Notes: generated from the letters alone by a model not told the origin. 64,000 nucleotides of DNA from the human T2T-CHM13v2.0 reference genome, Homo sapiens (GCF_009914755.1 NC_060937.1); one strand, 5' to 3'; counted from the first letter of the stretch, positions 41,871-55,087 are shown. Program-made: numbers and translations.

Positions 41871-43038
41871 GTTGGTGTCTCCTGAGTCATCTGCTGTGAT
41901 TTATTAACATCTGGGTGAGTCTGCTTCACGTTCCTCAGGTCCTGTGCCTGTCATCCGAGCGTGGCTGTACCTGTAGCTGGCGTAAGACAGCAGCAGGGTT
42001 GTTTTGAACCCTATTTATGAAACAGTCAGCCGTGCTGTTACATTTACAACAGATGCAGAATTACCTGCACTTGCTGACTCCTGGAAACTCATTGGAGCTT
42101 CCTGGGCAGAACTCTTTCTGTGTGCAGGTGTGAATCAAGGCTGGTGGGTAAAAGTGGCTTTGCCAGCCTTGCACTCTGCTTCTGCACCTGATATTCAAGT
42201 CTCATGGCGAGCTGGGTATTTTCACTTTAAAGATGAACAAACCAGATTTTCAGTGACTTGGTGGATTGCAAAGAGTTCAGACGCCTCCATTCAGATCCTG
42301 CTGCTGCATGATGGCTGCGGGAGCTCGGGCTTCACCGCCACACCTCGAGTGTCTCAGTCTGTGAAATGGAGATGATAACAGATGCTGGCCTTACAGGATT
42401 GGGTTGCAGATTAAATGAGATAATGGACACAAGGTGCACAGCACAGAGTCTGGTGTGACCACCGCCCTGCCACCGCACCACCGGGAGGCACACACCAGAC
42501 CTGCTGGCTTGAAGGGAGCTAGGGAAAGACCCATTCCCTGGGTTTCCCCAGCCTAGAGCGGTGACCTTCCCTACCTTCCCAGCCTTAACGTTGCAGAGTG
42601 CAGGGTTGCCGGAGCAGGTACCAGTAAACGGTAATTGGATTTTTCGGAAGAAATAGCGATTTTGAAGGATATTTTTGCAAACAAGGCCACTTTAGACAGG
42701 TAGCTGAAATCTCCATCTCGCTCCCAGATGACAGCCTGTAAATAGACTTAGACTCTGGCAGATACAGAGGCCTCTCTCTGCCTCCTGTGAGGAAGGCCAA
42801 CAAACGGAAGGATCATGTTCCACATTTGATGAGTTTGACTTTTGAATGTGTTCCTCCAGCATGTCCCATACTCCTCACAGTGCTTTATTGTTTGAGTCAG
42901 CAATGCGCAAACTATAATTTAGTTGTTCAATAGTCAGGTATTTTTATCTAGGAATATTCTATCTCCTTTGCAACAATAGATGGTACATTTTGTGAGCTTC
43001 TGATAAATTCTTTGGGAAAGAACTTTTTTCTGTAACAA

Positions 43039-43635
43039 GGAAAGTGCCCAGCAGCGTTGAGTGTGGGGGAAAGCGCCCAGCAGCGTTGAGTGGGGGGAAA
43101 CGCCCAGCAGTGTTGAGTGCGGGGGAAAGCGCCCAGCAGCGTTGAGTAGGGGGGAAAGCGCCCAGCAGCGTTGAGTGGGGGGAAAGCGCCCAGCAGCATT
43201 GAGTGCGGGGGAAAGCGCCCAGCAGCGTTGAGTGCAGGGGAAAGCACCTAGCAGTATGGAGTGGGAGGAAAGCACCCAGCAGTGTTGAGTAGGGGGGAAA
43301 GTACCCAGAAGTGTTGAGTAGGGGGGAAAGCACCCAGCAGTGTTGAGTGGGGGGAAAGCACCCAGCAGTGTTAAGTAGGAGGGAAAGTGCCCAGTGGTGT
43401 TGAGTAGGGGGGAAAGCGCCCAGCGGTGTTGAGTCGGGGGAAAGTGCCCAGCAGTGTTGAGTAGGTGGGAAAGCGCCCAGAAGTGTTGAGTATGGAGGAA
43501 AGTGCCCAGCGGTGTTGAGTGTGGGGAAAGCGCCCAGCAGTGTTGAGTAGGGGGGAAAGCGCCAAGAAGTGTTGAGTGCGGGGGAAAGTGCCCAGCGGTG
43601 TTGAGTGCAAGGGAAAGCGCCCAGCAGCATTGAGC
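43039..43635. repeat. G-rich minisatellite, about 30-31 bp unit (ggggggaaagcgcccagcagcgttgagt), about 19 copies
   Basis: Read directly from the sequence. Confidence 0.94.
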
Positions 43636-44282
43636 ACGGCAGATTTCTTCTCTGCCCTCTTCAGTCCATCTCCTTGGAGTTCTGCAAAACAGAATTTAAT
43701 TTCTGTTGTTCTGTCCTGACCAAAACCAGGCTCCAGCTTGGAGGCTGACCTCCTCGTACACAAAGAAGTGTGTACTGTTGCTCACGGGGGACACACTGAG
43801 GTCAAGACGGGTGGACAAGCCCAAAAGGCAGGTTCATCTGACCGCAGCTCTGTGGGTAAACGCCTGTGCCCACTGTCGCTGTGCAGTACGATAACACGAC
43901 TTCTTTTGTATGTGAAATAGATTCACCCACCAGTCAAGCGTCTGTGTCCACAACAGAAACAACCATCTGCCATGGAGATCCTGTGCCAGAAGCACTTCGT
44001 GCACCTTCTCTGTGTCCTGTGCACACTTTATGCACCTTCTCTGTATCCTGTGTGCTCAGTGCTATTGCGCCGTTTCTCAAATGAGAAACTGAGTCAGGAG
44101 CAGGCAGTGCCCCGTTCTGCGATGCAGTGCTGCCTCCCGAGCACGAGTGCCTTGGAACACAAATCTTGCTTCAGGCCAAGTTAGCAGGCAGGCGTGCGTT
44201 GTAGTGAGGGCCATCTTTTGTTCCTAGAGCTGAGGGTGATGGCAGCATTGACCAGCACTGGGCTTAGGGTTGACTGTCCCAC

Positions 44283-44932
44283 CACCAGAAAAGAAAATTG
44301 CAGGCCAGGACCCCTGATGAACAAAGTTGCAAAAATCCTCAACAAAATACTAGCAAACCAATTCAGCAGCATACAAAAGGATCATACCCCACCTGTGGGA
44401 TGCCAGGGTGGCTCAATGTGTGCAAATCAGTAAGTGTAGTGCATTACGTCTGCAAAATGAAGGACAAAACCATATGATTATCTGTGATGCAGAAAAGGCA
44501 TTGGACAAAATTCAGCATCCTTTCATAACATCTCTCAACAAATTTTAGGTATAGAGGAATGTACCTCAACACAATAAAGGCCATAAATGAGAAACCCACA
44601 GCTGGCAATGGAGAAAAGGTGAAAGCTTTTCCTCTGAGATCAGAAAGAAGACAAGGCTGCACACATTCACCCCTTCTATTTAGCATAGCACTGGAAGCTC
44701 TAGCCAGAGCAGTGAGGCAAGAAAAAGAAAAGGCATTCGTATAGGAAAGGAAGAAGTGAAATTGTTTGCTGATGACACAATCTTATATATAGAAAAGCCT
44801 AAAGACTCCACCAAAAAGCTTTTAGAACTAATCAACAAATTCACTAAATTTGCAGGATACAAAATCAACACCCAAAATCAGTAGTGATTCTATATACCAG
44901 ACAAGAAACTATTTGAAAAAGAAATCAAAGAC
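44283..44932 (+). mobile_element. L1 ORF2 (reverse transcriptase region) fragment
   Basis: gcaaaaatcctcaacaaaatactagcaaacc; ttgtttgctgatgac (FADD); gcaggatacaaaatcaaca. Confidence 0.88.
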
Positions 44933-45299
44933 TTTAATAAACTTGCTTAATAGTAACAAAGCAAACAATCTTATCTCTGCGTCCCGAGCTAACAGAACTG
45001 ACTGGATTTGTGTCCAGAGGTTTTAAGCTTTTGTTTCCACGTTCTTAAAACTGGGATAATAACACAGTTGATGTGTTAATAACAGTTGAAGATTAAATGA
45101 GGCTCTGCCCAGTGGCTGGCACACCCTGAGTGCTCAGTAAAGGTCTTTTATAATTAATTTTTTTTATTGTTCACTTTCATGGTCATGTTTCCTAGAAATA
45201 TGCCACCTATTTAGTTATAGCTAAACAGGATGATAAACCAAACCTCTTAACATTTGTTATCTCATTCTTATCCATTTTACCCTTTTAAAAATGCTTTTA

Positions 45300-45639
<340 letters not shown>

Positions 45640-46382
45640 TTACTTCAAAGTCCTGTATAAGAAGGGTACACAGGTTGAATATCCCTTATTCAAAATGCTT
45701 GGGAAGAAGTGTCCCTGTGGACGCGCCCAAGCTCAGTCTCAAGATGCTGCCGTGCGTTCCAGAACTCCTACCTTCAGTTATTCACGATAAACGTGTGACC
45801 CATGAGCTTATCTAAAATCAGAGTTTAAGACGGGTTGTATCTTTAACACATATCACAGTTTTCTCTGAGATTTGTTTTGTCCTTATTTGCTTGAATTTTA
45901 CCTTCTCAACCTTACATGGTATTGTAGGTTTTGACCTCCAAGACTGTATAGAGTAAGTTCGTCCTCTCTGTAGCCTTGGTTTTTTATTGTTGTTGTTAAG
46001 ATTCGGGACAACCCACTTACACTCTGTCTTCCCAAACAAATGGAGCCCTGGCCCCACCCATGTCTCTGTCCCGGGGAATGGGACTATGAGACCATACTCT
46101 GTTTTGCTCCCAACCCAGAGAAGGTATCCCGAGGCCTCCCCACCCATCCTCCTGAATTGCACCTGCCAGGACTGCAGGGTCCTGTTGGACGCTGGGAAGG
46201 AGGATGAGGCAGGAGCATGGCTCAGCCCAGTGAGGGGGTCTGTCTGGGGGAAAGCCTTTAGAAATCCACCGCCTATTCAAGTCACAGTGGGAGCTGGGGA
46301 GGAAACACGGCTGCTGTGTGTCTGAGTCGGGGACGTGCGGGCCTCCCTCAGAGCGCCCTGACTTGCTGTGCCCTGCCCGCAG

Positions 46383-46556
46383 GTGGAGTACATCTTCACA
46401 GACAAGACCGGCACCCTCACGGAAAACAACATGGAGTTCAAGGAGTGCTGCATCGAAGGCCATGTCTACGTGCCCCACGTCATCTGCAACGGGCAGGTCC
46501 TCCCAGAGTCGTCAGGAATCGACATGATTGACTCGTCCCCCAGCGTCAACGGGAGG
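46383..46556 (+). CDS. ATP11A: ATP11A exon 13 (174 nt, phase 0-0): [26 protein letters not shown]...SSPSVNGR (phosphorylation site DKTGT)
   Basis: cccgcag|GTG...AGG|gtaggt; P-type ATPase signature DKTGTLT. Confidence 0.98.
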
Positions 46557-46780
46557 GTAGGTGGCAGCCCCCACGCCGTCCAAGTGTGTGAGTGAGTGGG
46601 CGGCTGTGCATGCTGAGTCCACCCCTTTTCACTCGAGTGTCCAGGAAAATCCAGGCCCTCTCTACGGACTTCAGTGGGAGGGATGGTCAGAAGGTGCGAT
46701 GTGTGTGGTGTCCCGTTAGGACACATCTGCTCAGTGATACCCGTGTTAGAATTGGTTATGAAAACCATAGAAGCAGGGCA

Positions 46781-47175
46781 AACACACATGCATGCACCCA
46801 GACACCATGTGCACACGGACACACATGCACACACGCTCACATGCAAACACATGCACTCACACACGCCCAGATACTGTGTGCACACACACACATGCAGACA
46901 CACGCACTCACACATGCCCAGACACTGTGTGCACACACAGACACACATGCACACATGCAGACACACACACTCACACATGCCCAGACACCGTGTGCACACA
47001 CAGACACACATGCACACACGCTCACATGCAGACACACTCTCACACACTCCCTGACACTGTGTGCACACATGCTCACATGCAGACACACACGTACTCTCAC
47101 ACACGCCCAGTTACCGTGTGCACGCACAGACACATGCTCACACGCAGACACACACATGCACTCTCACACACGCCC
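46781..47175. repeat. Degenerate (CA)/CACATG-rich tandem repeat
   Basis: Recurring cacacatgcagacacacac and cccagacac(t/c)gtgtgcacac blocks. Confidence 0.9.
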
Positions 47176-47867
47176 CAAATGCCGTGGCTCCAGATCTCAG
47201 CATCTCTGGGCAGGGCTGAAGTCCCAGGCTGATGCTGTTCCTGAATTTCCCCGCACACAGGGCAGCCTCGGGGATCAGGTCCCAGCCGGCTGTGGCCCTG
47301 AGCACATCACTTCACCTTCCTAAACGCTGATTCTGCAGCTGCAGGCGCAGGATAATAGCTCCAACTTCTTAAGGGGTTTCAGGGTGAATGTGACAATGTG
47401 AGTCAACAGCAGGAGCGCCACAGGTCACGCCTAGTCTAACACACGCTTTGGTTAGGAGAACGTCCCCATCGCACAGGCACCAGGGCAGAGGCACAGCCAG
47501 GGTCCAGGGTGTTTGTGAATGTCTGTGTTCGTGGCACCGTGTGACTCAGTCTCCCTTCCTGGACGCTAGCGGTCACTTGCCATTTCTGAGCGCACGTGAA
47601 GCCTCTGTGGTTTCTAGAAGTGTCGGTGCTGAACGCACGCCCGTTTAGCCTTCCTCACCCGTCAGTCTCAATTACAAAACAGAGTGCTTGAGAACGATGG
47701 AAAGCTGTAATTCCATCCCACTGTATAACCCCTCACCGCCCACAAGCTGCCTTCGTGGCCGCGGGGACCCCCCCCACCCCGCTTCTTGTTATCTCTCTGC
47801 GCCTGTTTCCCTCTATCTTCAGTGGACGCACCGTGATTTGGGGGTTCTGGGAACTGCTTTTTTATAG

Positions 47868-48031
47868 GAGCGCGAGGAGCTGTTTTTCCGGGCCCTCTGT
47901 CTCTGCCACACCGTCCAGGTGAAAGACGATGACAGCGTAGACGGCCCCAGGAAATCGCCGGACGGGGGGAAATCCTGTGTGTACATCTCATCCTCGCCCG
48001 ACGAGGTGGCGCTGGTCGAAGGTGTCCAGAG
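47868..48031 (+). CDS. ATP11A: ATP11A exon 14 (164 nt, phase 0-2): [54 protein letters not shown](R)
   Basis: ttttttatag|GAG...CAG AG|gtacgt; SSPDExALV motif. Confidence 0.96.
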
Positions 48032-49592
48032 GTACGTCGCGGGCCAAGGGTCTGCCTGGGTTTCCTGATGTGACTCAGCCCCTCCCCAGCCCCAGTCAGG
48101 GATTTGCACCTAGAGGCGTCCTCAGCCCCACCCTGTGCCCTCCACACTGAGCTGTGCTGCCTTTGCACCCAGCTTCTCTGGACCCCCGTCCCTGTATGAG
48201 CCCCTCCCACCGTGATAAGCAGCGTCTGGTCCCCGGCGCGTGAGTCTTCATCTCTGACTTTGCGTGGGTGGCTTTTCCTCCTGAGGTCTGCAGTAAGTTA
48301 GAGGTCATTCCAAATAACCACAGGCTTCAAAATACGGAAACAATCATTCTTTTAACACAAATCTCCCTCCTGCATCTCAGAAAACTGAAGCCCAGAGGCC
48401 CAGCGGCCTTCCCAGAGCCACAGCCTGGGCCGGACAGAGCAGAGCTGGTGCGGGACCTCTCACCGCCCACCCTTTAAGCAAACGCTTGGAAAAATACTTT
48501 AAACATTCCAGATACATGGCATAATTTCAACTCAGGGGAGCCATTTTCAAATCCATCCAGCTCATGACTTCTGTATTACTGAACCTCCCCTCCCCAAAAG
48601 TGCCTTCAGGGACTGAGTATGGTGAGAATCATGTTCGCGCTTCTCACCTCATTACAGCCATGTTTTTGTCGCTGCTAAACTAATGTGTTTTCTCCATGCA
48701 ACTTGAGTAGCAGCACAGATACGTCAACAGTATCACCGGGGCCCTTCGTTCCATGCGTAAACCCACACATGCGTAGGTGAGGCTTCTTGGAGCTGGGTTT
48801 CTCTCTTCTTGAAACACAAGTGCCCAGGAATGCCACTGCCTTCATCACAGGTGTTAGAAGTCAGGGCAGGCTACCCCGCCCACCTTTGAGACTCCTCCCT
48901 GCCCTGAAGCTTTTCCTCCAGCCGCTGCTCCCACCTGGGCTGGCCAGAGGCCTCCACTGCCATCCCCCTGGTGCCGCGAAGCACGTCTGTCTCCCGGGTC
49001 CTCTGCTGGCCTCTCGCATCCCAAAGCCATGCTCTGTCTCTGCCGTCCCAGTGGCTCCCACAAGGCCCTGAAGGTCGCTGACCCCCAGGCGTGCAGGAGG
49101 AGGCATTGTATAGATGGGTGCACCCACGTGCTGGCTGAAGGCCTGCGCTGGACCTTCGTTCCCCGTCAGTGACTCAAGGGCCTTGGTGTGGGGGTAACAG
49201 CCTCTCAGGGTCCCTCTCCCTCTGGCATCGTGTTCTCCGCTCAACAACAACAAAGTCCACGAATCAATGAGCAAAAGTGTCATCGAAGCAAGGATTGCAG
49301 GCCATGTGCCTGCCATGCTCTTCTGGAGAACAATACTGACAAGAATGTGCCTCACTGCTGTGTGCCAAGGAGGGTTGGGTTGGGTAGAAATTCTCTTGCT
49401 CTTGGAAGATTTTTTGAGATGGTGAATAAGTTCATTATGATAATTTCCTAACTTTATAATGCAGTTTATAATCTCTAACTGAAAGTATTTCTTTTTTGAA
49501 AAGAACGCTTTACCAAAATATAAAGCAAATACTCTATGAAAGAGGAACATCAGAATCTCAGATTCACCCCGAGGTTTCCCTTCTCATTGCAG

Positions 49593-49664
49593 ACTTGGCT
49601 TTACCTACCTAAGGCTGAAGGACAATTACATGGAGATATTAAACAGGGAGAACCACATCGAAAG
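49593..49664 (+). CDS. ATP11A: ATP11A exon 15 (72 nt, phase 2-2): (R)LGFTYLRLKDNYMEILNRENHIE(R)
   Basis: tcattgcag|A CTT...GAA AG|gtatgt. Confidence 0.96.
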
Positions 49665-51181
49665 GTATGTGCAGACCTCACCCTCAGATGTGAAAGGACT
49701 AACGAATAAAGAGTGTTCTTTATAAGGTTCTGCGTTTGAGGGAAAAGACAAGTTCTCTATGTTCTCCCACAATTCGCTTCCTCTCCTTCCCAGTGACACC
49801 CCAGGAATGTCACCAGAATGTTCTGGAGAAGTGCTGGACACTTAGAGAAGGGCTTGGGTGCAGCCACAGCGCTGCTTCCCCTGGATGGTTTTTCTTGGAG
49901 ATGTAAATTGGAGTTCAGTGAACAAAAGTTCACTGTCAAATATGTTTTGGGTTAAGCCACCTGAAGTCAGGTTTTGCTGCAGGCCGCGTTCTGACCTCTC
50001 CAGGCCCCTTTGCCTCCACGAGGGGAGTGAGCAGCTGCCCCCGGTGTGGCCATGAGTCCCGCAGGGAGGAACCCTGGCTCACGTGCTGGGAGCACAGCGT
50101 CGTGTCGAAAACAGTTTGCACAGTTACGCTTTTCAGTCACCAGTTTGATGTTGGATTGTTTTACTTTTCATATCTTTAAAACTCTTCCCATTTTTTAGGG
50201 ACTGTCTCTGTCCCAAATTGCTTGTCCCTGAGATAAGTGACCCATCTTGAGATCTGACTCAGGAGAGGGGGTGGTGGCTTATCAACAAGCACGAATGTGC
50301 GGTCATGGTTCCGGCAAAGACACAAGATCTGGTGGTGATGGCCTCAAAACACGTGGATTTTAAAATTTCATTCTTAGGGAAAATAAACTCCCCAGTGGAA
50401 GAGAAAGGACAAATCCCTTGATTCGGCGGGGCTCCTGGGCCCTCCGCTGGCACCAGCTGCACCCTCTCCACAGCACCCTGGGCTTCCCGGGGGCCGCAAC
50501 TCACTGCCGTTGAGGCTCCGGGTTTGCAGCCGTGGAGGTAGTGAGGTCGTGGCCTAGATGAGAGCCCCCATCAGGGCTCTGCCAAGGGACCCCTGGCTCT
50601 GAGCTGGGCTGGCACTGCGGCCAGAGCCCCTCCGCAGCTTCCCACTGAGTCCAAGGCCCTGAGGAGGCTGAGGGGCAGCAGCGGGGGCTGCCAAACACTT
50701 CCGATGCTCCAGACGCCACACAGGTTTTCTGAGTCTTCCGGTAACAGGACAGCACCAGCCAAAACGCTTTTTCCTTTGGTTTTGATCTCTTAGGGTAACG
50801 CCAGTTCATTGACAAGGATCCAATCTCTGACACAACTTTGAGTCTCTGTTCAGCGGTGTTTAGGGAGGGAGTCGGTGCGTAGGGAACGCAGCCTGCTTGG
50901 CAGAATCTGAGCCTATGCCCTGGGTAGGATGGGGACGTAGTGAGGAGCCGGTGCCACAGGGCCCAGACTCTGCCCCACTGGGTACACCTGCTGCGTCCTT
51001 CAAATCCAGGCCTCTCAGGGCATCCATGGGAGGACACCCCTCACCCAGCAGCCCTCTGTGTGTCCCCTGAGGAAGGGCCAGGGCTGCCCCAGCCATTCTG
51101 CTGTGGAGAGCTCCACAGTTACCAGATGGAATCACGTGAGCACCCGTGTGGACGGTGTGACCTTCTGCATTTCTCTTTCAG

Positions 51182-51255
51182 GTTTGAATTGCTGGAAATT
51201 TTGAGTTTTGACTCAGTCAGAAGGAGAATGAGTGTAATTGTAAAATCTGCTACAG
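51182..51255 (+). CDS. ATP11A: ATP11A exon 16 (74 nt, phase 2-1): (R)FELLEILSFDSVRRRMSVIVKSAT(G)
   Basis: tctctttcag|G TTT...ACA G|gtaaaa; FxSxRxRMSVIV nucleotide-binding motif. Confidence 0.97.
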
Positions 51256-53308
51256 GTAAAATTTCTTTTTCTTTTGATTTATTAAGTTATACGTGGTGGT
51301 TGTGTTTTATTCTGATGACTAAATTCTACAGGAGCTTTAAGGATTTAGGGTTTAAGAATGATTTATTCTTTTTTTAAAAACTATAGACAAATCCTCTCAA
51401 AATACTAATTTTTTATTTTTAAAAAGTGCAACATTTCTGGAATGCTGAGGAAGGAGTCCTGGGCTAAACATCCGGCACCCTTGCTCTGTCCATCTTTTAG
51501 TGTCGAGTTGGGGCCACTTTACTGTTGAAAATTGCTTAATTCCATTTGTGAAAGTTCCTCTGCCCATCCCTATCCCCCACCCGCTTTTCTCCATGCAGAG
51601 CTAAATGACATAAAATGTTTTTAAATAACCATTTTCAAGGAAAAGGTAATGTGGGTTTGCAAATGTATCTATAATAATGTTCAAAGTTGCAAAGTGAGCT
51701 TTGTTGATTGGCAGTTGCCGTAACAGTGTGTCTGTGAGAACAGCACACTCGGTTCGTGCTCCGGAATGCTGGGATGAGCAGTGGCGGGGCACAGTCAGAG
51801 CCCTGTGGCCGCCATGATGTTTTGGTGACCCACACGGTTGGGCACTCTCCTGATCCTCCCACTCTGACCTGTGGCTGCCCCTGTCCCTGACGATTGCCTC
51901 TGCAGTCCAGGTGGATGCATCTGTGGTCCCCTGACCTCCCTGCGAGGAGCTCTCCCAGGCACTTTGCATCCCCCAAGCACAGGTGGACGACCTCGTCTCC
52001 CCCCACCCTCAGCAGGTCACGACACATGCCACAGGTCACTCAACACCGCAGCCCCTCAGGCTCCCGCCCACAGTGCTGAGGCTTGAACGTGCAGGCGCCC
52101 CTGGCTGTTTGCCCTGGACAGGCAGGGCCCGTGGGCTCCGTCTGCAGAGGCCACCCCTTTGCATGGCCATCACTTCCTAAGAGCTCCCACCGCCCCCTCT
52201 GAGGCTCTCACTCACCTTCATCACCAGGTTGTCCTCAAGTGTCCCCAGAGGGCACTGCCCACAGCCCCCACAGTGGCCTTGTTCCCCGCTTCCTGCCGTG
52301 GGCTTTCCCATAGGAAGGGCCTTTCACCCATCTGTCCTTTCCACGGACGGCTCAGGAAGCCTCTCCCGGACCTCAGCCCCATAGCAGCGTGCAGGACATT
52401 GCTCTATGGTGGAGCTGTCTGTCCGTCTGCAGCCACTGGCTGCCTGCACGCATCCCGAACGCAGAACCGATGCTCTTCTCAGCAACACGCTGACGTCACG
52501 CCACCCTCCGCCGAGTGCTCCCAAATCCTGTGCCGTTCAGAGCCCTCCACGCAGCGTCAGAGCAGGGCTTCATTAAGAGCTGTGGGATCTCACTCTTCAT
52601 TGTTTCCTAAAACCAGACACTCCCAGGCTGCATTTAGCTCTTTGGAAAGATGCCTGGCAAACAACCAAACAGCCACTCCCCGGAACCAGACAGACTCCAG
52701 GCTGGAGAGCTTCATGCCAGCATTTTCCTAAGATGTGCCGAGTTTAATTTTAACACAGTAGACAGAGCAGGGCCATCATCAGTGCCGTCGGGCACCCTTC
52801 GGATCAGGACCATGGTGCCTCACTTCCTAAGACCCCGAAGGAGCTGTAGGGGGAGGCAGTGTGACTCTCGGTGACGCCCTGTGAGTCATAGCGGCTCTGG
52901 GGTGGGCAGCAGCCTCAGGAGGGAGGAGGGTGCCATGGCTGCTCTGGGGGGCTGCCGCCTGCCTTCGCTGGTTCCTTAGACACAGTCCCACTGTGTCACA
53001 CAGCATCACCTCTGAGACACGCCATCAAATGTGGGATGAATCCAGGCTCCACAGTGAGATGTCTACTGATGGTCATAGGATGAGGAACAATCTGTGTGTG
53101 AATGTTGCCAGGACTCCCACGAAGAGCTTTTGCCAGCCAGACCGTGGGATCAGCAGGACAGGGTCTGAGAACAGGTTCAGATGCGCGAGACTTCTGTGTG
53201 TCAGAACCCTTCCCCCCGGCTCGGATGAGGCGCAGTCCTGAGAGTCTCAGCCACTCGGAGTTATCTGGGATAAACGCATCCTGGGTGGGAAGTTCCTGGT
53301 CCATCCCG

Positions 53309-53470
53309 TCACGTGGTTTTCCCCGTAGCAGTCGAATCTAGCTGTTGAGCCATGGCTGGAACATGCTGCCCGTGACCTGCGGGGCTGACTCACGTGGTTT
53401 TCCCCGTAGCAGTCGAATCTAGCTGTTGAGCCGTGGCTGGAACATGCTGCCCGTGACCTGCGGGGCTGAC
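53309..53470. repeat. Two-copy 81 bp tandem duplication (one mismatch)
   Basis: tcacgtggttttccccgtagc... at 53309 and 53390. Confidence 0.95.
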
Positions 53471-55087
53471 CACGGTGCCCAAGAAGGCAAGCATCAGCCA
53501 CCCCGGAGCCGCCCCTGCCGCGCACTCACCCCGGAGCTGGCCCTGCCACACGCTCACAAGGGGTTTTTGCTGCATCCTGAATGCCCAAGACCTCAGGGCA
53601 TTGTGGGCTATGCCGTGGAATCTTTGTAAATAACTTCTGTTACTATCAAAAGGCTGAAGAGCCGCTGGATCACTCGAAGAATCCGGGTTGGAGGCATTTG
53701 TGCCATGAGAATATCCCTATCCGCACTGGGACGCCTGTGGACCTCCTAGGGCCTCTCCAAGGAACTGAGAGCTTGCAGGAGAGACGGCCCTGCCATCTGA
53801 AGCCAGCCACTCATCAGTTACTTTTAAGAGAAGTTTGAATATGTAATTAAGCAAGGTGTTCTGTAAGTAGTAGTCATCCCCGGAGAGGTTCACTAATTGC
53901 ACTGGAGTTCTCCCTGCTGGGCGGGGAGACCCTGCAGCCAGCTCACAGCTCGTGTTTCCTCCTGGGCTCAGCCCTGTAGGGGGTTGCGGCTGTCAGAGCC
54001 GGATCTCACTGTTGTGGGGCTGAGCAGCCCCAACAGGGGCCTCCCATGATGTCCGCAGGACCCTTTTTTATATGTCTGTACCTCAGTCATGTGTGCTTTC
54101 CTGGGATTCTCCACGGTGGAATTTTGAGGAAGGACTTCGGAAGTCACAGGCCACTCGGCTGCATCAGGCCTTCCCTTTCAAAGGCAGATGTGAAATCTCT
54201 CTTTTGGGGGATCCTGCGGATGCTTACTGCACCCAAGGTATTATGTACGCAGTACACAGAAGACCGACTCGAAAGAAGAAAAGGAGAGTACATAAGCATA
54301 TTCATCTATGAAAAAGAAAAGCAAGCAGAAAAGATGAAAGAGAAGGAAAGTCCTAACAGTGCACCCTCCTGGAGCTCCTCCAGGAGCTGCTTCCTTGATG
54401 CCCTTTTTCCAGCCATTTCGGGGACATTTGCTGTCACGCCTGGCTTTCCATGTCCTTGAGCTGGTCTGTGAGACACAGTGAAAGACCCCCCACCATGGGC
54501 TCAAACTGTGGTTCTATAGCCCTTTCTCTTCTCCAAATGGCAGTAAGCCCTTCTTGGTCCCAGAGGGGACAGCCACCAACCACGGCTGCACCTGCGACAC
54601 AACCCAGCTGTCTTGGGGACAGGATCCTGTGTGTTCGGTTATGTCACCTGTGTGTGCACGGTCTTCAGTTGCTCATTGTAGATTAACTTTTGCTCTGTCC
54701 TCTGGGTTTTTTTATTCCAAGGCTGTTCCTCACCAAGTCTTCAGGCTGAAGGTGTCCTGTGTCTTACAGTGGAATTCACAAGCTGAGACAGTGGGAAAGT
54801 TAAGCCATTCACATGCTCTTGGCATGAGTTGTGAGCCATGAAACATGAATTTTCTAGTAAAAAATGTGCTGTTGTTCAAGAATGCATCATTATGTCATTT
54901 GGACCACAGTTCTCATTCTGAACTGTATCTGATGAAACAACAGCGTTGGCTGGAAACCATGGGAGTCGGGAAACGGCTCTGACATCGATTGGGTAGTTTA
55001 ACCCCCGGGCCCTGCTTTTCTATGCTAAGCAACTGAGACTCTGTGGTCACACCTCTGCAGTTCTGCAGAGATCCTCCAGGGTCCAAC

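Noticed and set aside
43039-43635. NF-kB-like GGGCACTTTCC on the minus strand of the G-rich VNTR
   Set aside because: Does not fit GGGRNNYYCC spacing and occurs in only some units.
44283-44932. Reverse-transcriptase-like peptide (FADD region) as a possible novel RT gene
   Set aside because: A short, frameshifted, ordinary L1 ORF2 fragment.
46466-47323. His/Thr-rich and Cys/Val-rich ORFs
   Set aside because: Translations of the CA/TG-rich repeat.
47865-47870. NAGNAG acceptor (TAG GAG) at exon 14, similarly at exon 17
   Set aside because: Distal GAG acceptors are rarely used; nothing in the sequence supports usage.
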